DNA of 64,000 nt. It comes from Candidatus Poribacteria bacterium (GTDB lineage Bacteria > Poribacteria > WGA-4E > WGA-3G). This document shows positions 1-11,300 of this stretch, in pieces (the stretch's first letter is position 1; each line of letters starts with the position of its first letter). The DNA lies in contig CAXXLX010000001.1 of NCBI GenBank assembly GCA_963665235.2, positions 3,328,001 to 3,392,000 on the forward strand. The letters are read 5' to 3'. The translations under genes and the position numbers were made by a program. The notes beneath the pieces were generated by a model that worked only from the letters and a program-made list of their open reading frames with translations, ran no database searches and had not been told where the DNA came from.

Positions 1-5
1 GAGAT

Positions 6-259
6 TAGAAGCAGATGTTTCGACAACCCCTAGTCCCGTAGGGACGATATATTTATAGAAGTAGATGTTTCGACAACCCCTAGTCCCGTAGGGACGATAT
101 ATTTATAGAAGCAGATGTTTCGACAACCCCTAGTCCCGTAGGGACGATATATTTATAGAAGCAGATGTTTCGACAACCCCTAGTCCCGTAGGGACGATAT
201 ATTTATAGAAGCAGATGTTTCGACAACCCCTAGTCCCGTAGGGACGATATATTTATAGA
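6..259. repeat. Tandem array, 5 x 50 bp, each unit with a GTCCC-GTA-GGGAC REP-like hairpin
   Basis: Unit TAGAAGCAGATGTTTCGACAACCCCTAGTCCCGTAGGGACGATATATTTA recurs at 6, 56, 106, 156 and 206, with one C>T change in copy 2. Confidence 0.95.
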
Positions 260-401
260 GAAAACGGACATTTATTTTCAAACTCACGTTTAAGTACAAA
301 AATTTTACACACCCATCAAAAATTCAAAAATGGCAGAAGCATTTAGTTTTCGGGCCTTCCATCCTTCTAATACCATTTCTAATTGAAAATGTCTCTTTGT
401 A

Positions 402-550
402 GTAGCATAAACTTCCAGTTTGTGCGTTTTATCGTAGCATAAACTTCCAGTTTGTGCGTTTTATCGTAGCATAAACTTCCAGTTTGTGCGTTTTATCGTA
501 GCATAAACTTCCAGTTTGTGCGTTTTATCGTAGCATAAACTTCCAGTTTG
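402..550 (+). repeat. Tandem array of about 4.7 x 32 bp GTAG-REP-like palindromes
   Basis: GTAGCATAAACTTCCAGTTTGTGCGTTTTATC starts at 402, 434, 466, 498 and 530 (partial). GTAG is followed by a GCATAAAC/GTTTGTGC stem. Confidence 0.95.
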
Positions 551-606
551 GGTCTTCCGTTCTCCGTTTCATTTCTAACAACCGGTAATGATAGAATAAT
601 TAATAA

Positions 607-1140
607 AAATGGTATTACAAAGAAAACAGTGGGGACTACGCAAGTTCAGAAGATGAGTACCCTGAGCATCTCCAGACAGATGATGAAGAGGCAAGAATTA
701 CACGTCTTGGTATGGACGATTTTTTCTGTGAAAATATCAAACGGAAACTTGCCGCCCGATTTAGACGGCTAGATATCAACCACCCGCAATTCCCAGAAAA
801 GTACAGAAACCTGTTTACCGAAACGCGGAAAGCATATCTCAACAAAGGCAACCCTGACACCTTGCAACACAAGCAAAACGCCCTCTGGGAAGCAGAGATT
901 CTATACAACTGTGTGAAAAAACGCATCTTTAAGGAACGGGATATGACGCTAATCCCCTTAGCACATCAACTCCTCAAAACCATCATCGCTTTGCATCTTT
1001 TGGACGAACCGGGGGAAATCCTCGACATTACACCCGAAAACGGAAAGCAACTCCCGAATATGCAGAAAGCTATAACCGATACCACCAAAAGCGATATCCC
1101 AAACACGGACAATCACGTGCAGACCGATAAATCGCTTTAA
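607..1140 (+). pseudogene. 5'-truncated paralog of the downstream gene (DUF2280-like); ORF 712..1140
   Basis: Shares LAxRFRRLDINHxxFPxKYRxLF and LAHQxLKxI with 1220..1843. The frame is open upstream to stops at 601-606 but lacks the N-terminal segment of the paralog. Confidence 0.55.
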
Positions 1141-1219
1141 CACAAGAAACATTTCGCGCTTCTTTTCAAAAAGACGTGAAAAACTCAAGCGTTCCAGACA
1201 TAACTAAGGAGATATACCC

Positions 1220-1843
1220 ATGAAGCTACAAGAACGCCACAAACAATTTGTCATTAGAGGATACGCACAATTCATGAACCTATCCCAAATAATCGACGAA
1301 TTCCTACACACATTTCCTGACGATATCGAAGCACTTTGCGGCATACCTTATGTCGACAAACACCGATTCGTTGACGAATACATTGCCAGAGAACAAGAAC
1401 TTGGTCTGAAGAAAGGGGAACTGGAAGACTACTATGACCTTCTCTGGGACGCAGAAGACGAATACGCCGAAAAAATCGAACCGCAAATCGAGGAAATACG
1501 GAAAATACTCGCATCCCGGTTCCGAAGATTGGATATCAATCACAAACGATTCCCGCGAAAATATCGAGCCCTCTTTGACCAAGTACAGAGAGAACACTTT
1601 CAAAACCTCCACACAGGCAGCCTTGAGAACCCTAAAAACGCTATAGAGGAATTGGAAACGCTCTACAACCTCGTCAGAGAAAACATCTTTGAACACCAGG
1701 ACCTGACACAAGTGCGTTTGGCACATCAGATACTAAAATCAATTGTCACATCTAAAAACCTCCTGGAAAAAAAGGGAGCGTTAAATGTCAAACCGCAATC
1801 CGAAACCCCGCAACAGGAAACCCTAAACGTTTTGAGCGATTAA
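1220..1843 (+). CDS. Hypothetical protein, DUF2280-like
   Basis: AAGGAG RBS and 207-aa ORF. MKLQERHKQFVIRGYAQF..SQIID and KYRALFDQVQREH..LEN resemble the DUF2280 pattern, judged by eye. Confidence 0.7.
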   Translation: MKLQERHKQFVIRGYAQFMNLSQIIDEFLHTFPDDIEALCGIPYVDKHRFVDEYIAREQELGLKKGELEDYYDLLWDAEDEYAEKIEPQIEEIRKILASRFRRLDINHKRFPRKYRALFDQVQREHFQNLHTGSLENPKNAIEELETLYNLVRENIFEHQDLTQVRLAHQILKSIVTSKNLLEKKGALNVKPQSETPQQETLNVLSD

Positions 1844-1980
1844 CCCCAAACCCAGCGAGAGGCGTGCTTGAAACGCACACCTCTCCTGCTATAGTGATAG
1901 CACCCACTTGCCTAATGAGGATTAATTTTTAAATTCGGTAATTTCGGAAAGGGCGATAAATCACCCTACTACATTGGTTT

Positions 1981-2100
1981 ATGGAAACTTATGGAAACCT
2001 ATAGCAAGAGAAATAGGTCTCTGACGCGCTTCAGATATGTTCTTAGAATCACAAACCTCTTGCTAATTGCCAATTGCTAATTGCTAATCGCCAATCGCCA
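1981..2100 (-). repeat. Dispersed GCAAGAG..GATTCTAA..CTCTTGC element, copy A, with heptamer microsatellite
   Basis: The reverse complement aligns with copies at 17798, 23281 and 28334. Confidence 0.8.
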
Positions 2101-2167
2101 AGGAGTAGTAGGGGAAGCATTCATTGCCCGCCGATTATCGAAATATTTTTTAAACTTCATAAAATGT

Positions 2168-2196
2168 TTGACATTTCCGAAGTTTTTAGATATTAT
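2168..2196 (+). promoter_or_regulatory. sigma70-type promoter for the giant TPR gene
   Basis: TTGACA-17 nt-TATTAT. Confidence 0.7.
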
Positions 2197-2323
2197 ATTT
2201 GTATAGAAACCGAAAAAACAGCACATGGACAAATTCCGTTAGCGTCCTGCTATTGGTTTCTCTATCACTTTGAAGTTTTAGCACCATTTTCCGAGACCCT
2301 ATATTTCTCAAGGAGAATTCTTG

Positions 2324-5300
2324 ATGTTTAGTCGTGAAAAGTCCCCAATCATTGTGTGTCTTCTGTTTCTTATAGTCTGCCCGTTCTGTTTCTTATCCAT
2401 TGCACACGCCCAAGATGAAACGAGCGACGCAAAAGTCATTGAACGTTACAAACTGATGCTGAATCGTAAACCGAAAGAGGGGAGTACATTCGACCGGGTC
2501 TATCAGTTTTATCTCGAAGGTGCCGGGCTGGATGCAATGCTCAGCGATTATCAGACAGAGGCGCTAGCCAACCCGAACAATTTTAACGTTCAACTTATCT
2601 TAGGGCATCTATACAAACGACTCGGCAAAGATGCTGAAGCGGTCGCTGCATATCAACACGCTGTCCAACTCGCGCCTGACAGCTATTATCCGCATTTTGC
2701 CTTGGGACAGATGCAGGCGGCCTTACGTCAACATGAGGAAGCAATCGGCGAGCTAACAAAAGCAGCTACACTGTCCGAACAGGCACAGAACGTGTCCCTC
2801 GAAGAATTAACCGCAATATACAAAGCACTCGGACACGCCTATTTCCGAAGAGACAACGTCGAAGACGCAATTCAGGCGTGGCAAAAAATATCTGAACTGA
2901 ACCCGCAGGACATCTTCGCACGGATTGAACTGGCAGATCTCTTCCGAGAACAGGAACTCTACGAGCAAGCAATATCGCAACACGAAACAATAATTCAGCA
3001 GAAACAGGATGACCCGTATCGGGTGTGCCTGAGCCATCGGGAAATTGGGAATATTCACCAGGCGAAAGGCGATTATCGGGCTGCCGTTCAAAGCTATGAT
3101 GCCGCACTTGCCCTAACCGCCCCCGGCAACTGGCTCCGCAAAGACCTACAACACCGTATCATCGGCATCTATGCAGCGGACAGTAATTGGGAAGGCTTAA
3201 TCAAGTACTATCAAGGCAAACTTGAAGCAACGCCAAACGAACCGGAACTCCTCGGTTTGTTAGCAGCCGCGTCCATTGAAAACCAGCAGCTTGAAGAAGG
3301 CATCAGCACATATCGAAAAGGATTGGAACTTGCACCAACCGACACGAACCTACGTTTAAACCTTATCGCCTCGCTCCGAAACGCAGAGAAATTTGAGGAC
3401 GCAGCAGCGGAATACGAAAAGCTCAGCGAACAGGCACCTGACGACTTCGGTATCTATCGCGAACTAGGCGAACTCTATCTGCAGCTCGGAAATAGGGACA
3501 AAGCTAAGGCAGTATATCAAAAAATGATTGAGCGGGCCCCAAACAGTGCGGGCACTCACCTTATCCTCGCAGAAATTTACGCCGGACACGAATGGCTCGA
3601 CGATGCCATCGCCCAATATGAGAAAGCGAGCTCGCTTGAACCGAACAATCTCGATTACATAGAATATTTCGGAGAGTTCTATTTTCGTCAAGGCAATCGT
3701 GAGAAAGCACTTGACACGTGGAATCGGATGGTCGCCGGCGATAAGAACACCGCTGAGAATCACGCGCAACTTGCACAGCTACTCAACGCGAAAAATTTCA
3801 AAACTGAGGCGGTCGCAGCAATCCGAAAAGCCGTTGCACTAATGCCAGATGAATACCGCTATCGTGAAACGTTGGCAAACCAGCTCATGGAGCACAAGGA
3901 ATACGATGAAGCACTCACCGAATACACAGCGGCGATGAAACTTGCACCCAACCCGTTCTTTGCCGAAAAGATGGATGACCAAAGAATTGAACTCTACCGC
4001 AGACAAGGGACACTCCTAGAAAAAATTGAACTTCTCGAAGCGGAGCTTGAAAAACCGGGCTTAAGTGATACCGAACAGTTCACAAATTACAAACAGCTCA
4101 CCAAAATGTCCCTCAAATTAACCAACATCACTTATGCCCTTGAAGTGCTTTTGAAAGCTAAAGCACTTCAACCCGATGATGTTGTCGTCAACCGGTGGCT
4201 CGCGGACATCTACACACGGCAAGGCAGACGCAACGAGGCAAATGCTATCTATACGCACCTAATCGCAATAGACACCGCAAACGCCCGTGAATACCATGCA
4301 AACATCGCAAAGTCCTACCTGAACGTGATGGATTTTGAAGCAGCAACAACGGCAGCTAAACAGGTAATAGCCCATAGTCCACGGAATCCAGAGGGACATC
4401 AACTGCTTGCACAAATTGCCAAGCAATCCAAAAACTATGATACCGCCATAGACAGCCTAAAACAGGCAATTCGGCTACGGCCAGAAGCAATTGACACACG
4501 CGCTGAGCTAGCTGATATTTATAAACTTTCTGGAAATCTTCATCAAGCCCTATCACAGTACTGGCGGTGTTGGGACTTAAGCGGTAGTGTTAGCGATAAA
4601 CTCACCTTTGTCAAACCGCTCTCTGAAATATATTATGACCTCGGTAGACGCGGCGAATTTGAAGAAAAGCTAAAACAATTGGCGAAATCTAATACTACCG
4701 GGGTCGGCCCTGTCTTGGCACTTGCTGAACTTTACCGCATGGAAGGCGACCTGCCGAGTGCACGTTTCCAACTAGCGCAGGCTTTGAACAAGCAACGTGA
4801 AAATCCGGAACTCTTGAGCCACCTCGTCCAAATCAGCATAGCACTTGGGAATGTCCAGGACGCGCTTACGTATCAGCAGCGACTTGTCAAAGCCAATCCT
4901 GACGCTACTAACCAACAAAGACTTGGCGAATTGCTGTTTGACGCAGGACGGGAACAGGAAGCGATTCAGGCGTGGACAAAATTACTTCACGCGAAAAACC
5001 GGACACTTGAAGCTGAAATCAAACTCGCCGCTTTATTACTCCGGCACGGGTTATCAGAGGAGGCGTTTTTTGTGCTTGACCGGGCAGCAGAGAAAATTGC
5101 GGGGACCGATGCACACATCCCACTTTATCGATTGGGAGCTATGTTAGTCGGAATGAATGAACCGGAACGCGCTCGCACCTATTTCCAACGCATTCTTGAG
5201 ATGCCCGAGCCGACTATAGATGCTAAAAATCAGAAAACCACAAAACCGACTATCTACACCGCTTCTACCATACCAGGCGTTGACATTAACAAATTTGAAA

Positions 5301-8300
5301 TCGCCCGCGGAAACATCAGCAGGATTCAGAGTAAACCCACTTTCACGGGGGGCGGTACGGCATGGATACCGAAAACTTTTGAAGAGACCCAAGCCGCCGC
5401 GCTCGTACATTTGACTACAATTGCACAGCGGCAGGGAAAACTTCCTCAACTCGTTCAACATTTTGAGGCAAATGCTGAAGCGAATCCGACTGACATCAAA
5501 GCACTTGAAACCTTAGTGCAGCTCTATACCCTAGTCCAGTACAACGACAAGGCTGAAAAAACGATTGATAGGTTAATCGAAATCTCACCCAATGATGCGG
5601 CATACCAACCGCTACGAGTGCATCGCGCAGTGCGGGAAAACCTCAATTATGAAACGTTCAAAAAATCACTCGACGAGATACCCGGCTTAGTCCCCGAAGC
5701 ACGGCTCCGATATACCGCAGAGTATGCGCAACTCCTGTCCCGTTCAGATAAAAAAGATGACGCAATAAAACTCATGCAGGAAATTGAGGATGTAAACGTC
5801 ACTGACATCAGCACCGGTTTTATGTTAGTTGAAGCTTTTCTGATGATGGATAAGACAGATAGCGCGGAGAAAATCCTTCTTAATCTACCTATACCTCCTC
5901 AGAAACAGCAGCAGCAATATCAACGATTGTTTGAAAGACTCACAGACGCTTACATCGACCAAGGCGAGCTGGATAAAACTGCTGCGCTTTTCTGGGTCTT
6001 CTGTGAACGTACAAAACCCAACACTATAAATTCGAGACGCGTTGCTGCACTTCCACAGAGCTCCTATTATTATGGCGGTTATAGGCCAATTCAGACCAGT
6101 TATCCCACAACCACAGTCTACTTCAATCGAAGTCGTCTGAATTATCTCCAATCTATCTTCCGTGAGTTTTGGATGCGGGAACAGCAGGAAACCTTATATA
6201 CAAAATTCCGAACAGAATTAGACGCGGCAAAAGGGAGAGACCGTATCTATCCTAGTCTGGCACTCAGCTACTGCTATTGGTGGGCTGAAAAACGCGATAA
6301 AGCACAAAAGGTGCTGTCAACCTTACAACAGGAATTTCCTGATGACCTGACGCTTAAACTCAACACCGCTTTTGTCTCTATTCAGAACGGAAAACATGGA
6401 GAGGCTTTAAAAATGATTACCGACCTGGCTGAAATAGAACCGAGAAATCGGCAGCAATATCGTAATTTATTACTACAGCTTGCCATTCGTACGGGTGATT
6501 CTGTTAGTTTGCGTGCACTGATTACAAAATTGTTAAATTCGGCAGTCGGCGCGCAGGAGCTTTATCAGCTCTCACAGACACTCCAAAACGCTGGGTTCAC
6601 ACAGTACGCAATTTCGGCTGGAAAAAAAGCGATGACATTAGCAATGGCACAACGAAACCCGAACTTTCTGATAGACCTAGCGGAACATCTCGGACGACTC
6701 GGTAGGGGGCAGGATGCTGCACGTCTTGCAGAACGCGCCTTACGGTTCGCCAGTCAAACCGACCGATACGGACGGACGATGTATTCATGGAATATGCGAC
6801 AGGCTGTTAGTTTGACGAGTCACTCAAAAAACATGCAGGAACGCGAAAAACGGTTCATAGCAGAGGCCCAAAAAAATCCGGAAGCATTCCAAGCACAACT
6901 TAAACTCGCCATGTTTTATGAGAACACCAATCAGATTGAAAAAGCCTCCCAGGGGTTCAAGAAGGCATTGGAATTGCAACCCAAAGACAGCATAACTCGC
7001 CTTAGATACGTCCGAATGCTGGAGCGTGCAGGGAAAGCTATGGAGGCTCTGCCGGAATATACAACCCTTTTGAAAAATGATTCAACCGCACTCGGGTATG
7101 ACTACGAAAAAGCAATTGATGCGTTTGTCGCCGCTGGCGAAATTGACGCGCTGATTTCACTCACAAAAGAGCTGATTCTCCCTGTCGGACAATACGCTGG
7201 CAACGATTTCACACAAAAGGTTGCCCGGCGATGTCTCACAGAAAACAGACCTGACGCTGCTATAGAAATATTCGAAAAAATCCTTCAGGTCCATCCGAGC
7301 TGGGACTATATCCATCGGGAATTAGCAGCGGCATATCTTACAGCCGGCAACTCTGAAAAAGCAATTCAGTACTTAACAGAAAAATATGAGCTCGGGAAGA
7401 CATCCTTGTCCGAAACAGAGTTTCAATTGAAAATAGCGGAATTCCATGAAGCCGCCGGTGGACGAGAAAGCGCAATTCAATTTTTACGAGAACAAACCGA
7501 AACAGGTGGCGAATCGACCGTTGTTTTCAAACTTGCCGAATACTATGAGGTGAGCGGTGAATTAGAAAATTTCATAGCAGAATATGAAGCAAAACTCGCT
7601 GAAAATCCTTCAGCAACAAAATTGCTCTATATTTTAACCACTCTGAAGATAAAAGCGGATGATATTGAGGGGGCAACCGCACACGTCACTACATTGATTG
7701 ACAACGCGCTTATGTCCATTAATACGCAGTGGCTCTATAATCTTGCCGATGCATCTGACAAAGCTAATGCACACCCCCTTCAATTCCGCCTCCTCGAAGC
7801 CGCAGCGGAGAAGCTTGAACGCCAGAATTCGTGGAAACTTGCAGATTGTTACGAGAAATTAGGTGAGGCTTATGCCAAAAGAGGCGAGCAGGAGAAAGCA
7901 CAAAACGCATTACGTAAAATGGGCACCCTCCAAACTATGGAGGATAGCAGCCAGAGTGTATATGAAAAAAGAGGACTCGCCTCAACCTATATGCGACACG
8001 AAATGTGGGACGACGCTGAAAAGCTCCTAACCGAAATCATTAACGACCTCTCCGCCTCCTCGTACGAACGGGAACGTGCACAAGAGCAGTTTATGCAAAT
8101 AAAACAGAATAGGGACAAGCACGCAACCGCAAAAGAACTTGCCAAGAAAACAGAGGACCTGGATATAGGCATGCAACGGGCTATGGCAAAAGAGTTCATG
8201 CAGCAGAACCAGCTGGAGGAGGCAGTAGAAATTTTTGAACGAATTACGGAAACGATGCCTGAAGACCTGGAATCTCGCGCACAACTTGCAACGCTCTATT

Positions 8301-11300
8301 CCCGCCTCAATCAGCACGAAAAAGCCTCTCAAGTGTGGACAGCACTCCTCGAGGCCGACCCAGAAAATACAAGGTATCAGGATGGGCTCGTCAACAGTCT
8401 GCAAAATGCTGGTAAACTGAACGAGGCATTTGAACTCGCGCAGAAATACATTCAAACTGAACCGGAGGTCGGTGTCCATTACGTACGACTTGCAAAACTC
8501 TATGCAGCTGATGATAAGGTAGACGAAGCTATTGCCACCTATGAAAAAGCACTCGAATTTTCACCCGGAGACCGTCAAATTTATCTGAAGTTAGGGGACC
8601 TTTATCTTCTCAATGATGACATGGCGGCTGCTGAAAACGCATTCAGGAACGCCATTCAATTTACCGCATCAGAATGGGAACGGCAACGGACTGAACGGAA
8701 ATTGATAGGACTCTATCGCTCCCAGGGAAAGTTAGCAGCGATGCTACAGAAGGCTGAAGCTGAAGGCACACTCACTTATGAGATGCAAAAGGAATATGCC
8801 AAGCACTATCAGAATGTAGGCAATCTCGAAAAGGCGGCTGATGCCTACAAAAAAGTCCTCGACATGACAACGCAAAACTACCAACGACAGGACGTTATCT
8901 CCACGTTAATTGACATATATGCCAAACTTAACAAGAACGACGCAGCACTACAACTCTACGAAGCTGAAGTCCTCGCGAATCCCGGGTCGGCAACTAGGTC
9001 AACGAGTTATGGTCAGTCCGGTATTACAATTAACTTCACTAACGATGAAATACGCAAGGCTTTAGTTAAAACGTATAAAGAGCAAGGAAAATTAGACTCA
9101 TTGAAAACTATCTTTGAGGATAGACAGGAGAAAGAACCGGGGAACGTTCCTGTAATTGAGATGCTTGCTGAGATTTACCGCAATGCAGACAACCACCAAA
9201 AGGCAGCCGAAGCCTACCAGAAACTTTCCAAAGTGCTATCCGGCCCTAAGAAAGTCCACACTGCTTACGATGCCGCTATCGCACTTCATAAAAGCGGACA
9301 ACCCGAATTGGCGAAGGCACAACTTAAGAAAGCCGAAGCCGCGCTTCAAGTCAGCAGTCGAAAACAGGACGACTCATTTCTCGCCGCGCTCGCTACCTTA
9401 TGTCTTAAGAATCAGATGTACGACAGTGCTATTGAACTCGCTGACGCAGCAGTCACTGAAATGCAACGTTCCGGGGACACCTGGGTACAGGAATATTTTT
9501 ACGAGCTGCTTGGGAAAAGCTACCTCGGTGCCAAACGTTATGAGGAGGCTTTTGCAGCATATCGGCAGATGGCAAATAGTGCTGACGATAGCTACACACG
9601 AGATAGGGCGGAAACGGAAATGGATAAAATCGCCAAAGCGCACAACCTCTATGAAAAATGGATACCTGAACAACTTAAGCAGGTTCAGGAGAACCCTGAC
9701 GATGTCAACGCACGGTTGGAACTTGCTGAAAGTTACGAATACACCAAAAAAATCAAAGAAACCGTTGAGCAGTACGAAAAACTTGCCGAACTGCAACCTG
9801 ATAACGTACAGTGGTACAAAAAATTAGCAGACCTTTATCAAAAGCCAGAGAGCCTCGAGACAGGCGAAGTCATTGAAGGCACTGCCCTTACGCTCGACGG
9901 AAATCGGAGTTTCGTCGAAATCGGTGATAGCGAGTCTTTAAACAACATTACGGAACAGTTGACGGTATCTGCCTGGATTAAACCTGTGAGTTTCCCACAA
10001 AGATATGTCCCCATAATTTATAAAGGAGACAAGCGAACCCCAGATATTACCAATCGCAGCTTCACACTCTGGCTGCGGGATGACAAGAGAATTCAATTCT
10101 CTACCTCTCCGGGGGGGCAAGCAGAAAAATACATTTTTTCGCCATCAGGGACAATCCAGCTAAACAGATGGTATCACGTAGCAGGGATCATTGACCCTAA
10201 AAGAGATGTCATCAAACTATTTATAGATGGAATTGAGGTCGCAAGGACAAATGTTAACGGCAAGGAAAGTATCCATAAAAGCGAACACCCACTTCGGATT
10301 GGCGGTTCACACGAAGAAGAGGTAACTACCCACGCCTCCTTTGCCGGACAAATTGATGAGGTGCGTGTCTGGAACATTGCACGCACTGAAGACCAAATCC
10401 GCGCCGATATGAACAGACAACTCAACGGCGACGAACCCGGCCTAGTCGGATATTGGAAATTTGACGCGGAAACGGAAGACGTTATTACCGACCACTCCCC
10501 TAACGAAAACAGTGGTAAACGCATTGGAGAGACCGAACTTGAGCCTTATACCCGCCCAGTTTTCGAGGTCTTAAAAAATGAGAAATTACCACACATAGAC
10601 AATGCTTATGAAAAGGCGATTGAACTTGAACCCACCTCATACCAACTTTACGATGGATGGGCAAAGTTCTATGTCAAAACGAACGACACAGCAAGTGCAG
10701 AAGCGGTATATCGCCAGGCATTGGAGGTTTCGCTAACACAGAGTGAACACGATTCAGCAATTCAGGGTATTGTCGGCCTCTATCCCGGCGAGGAACAAAA
10801 GGATAAGCGCATCGCCATTCTTGAAGAGCTCAAACCGAAAATGAAAAAAAGTGCTGTCCTGCACGAACTTCTGGGGGCCCTCTACGAAAAAATAGGCGAT
10901 TCTGAAAAAGCAAATATCGCCTACGACCGATGGGTGAAAATGCGGGAAAGGGAGTTGAACCGTGGAGATAGTGCATCAAGCTACCGTAGTTTTGCGAATA
11001 CACTCATGGAGAAAGACCGCTATCCAGAAATGGCACTCAAATTCGCAAAACGCGCATCACAAAGATATACCGGTTCCAGCCAATACCAATACCTTGCAAC
11101 ACTTGGACAGGCTTATATTGCTAATGAACTTTATGATACCGCCCTAAAACATTTCAAACAGGCACTAAATACTATATCCTCCGAGTATGCATCGGACCAA
11201 TTTTGGAGACAGGTCGCTAACGCAAACAAGAACGTTAAGGACAAAGAACGTTATCTTCAAATGCTTGAAACGTTGATAAATACTACGCCATTGGAAAACG

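Noticed and set aside
6-550. Possible CRISPR arrays
   Set aside because: Units are identical end to end with no unique spacers, and no cas genes are present.
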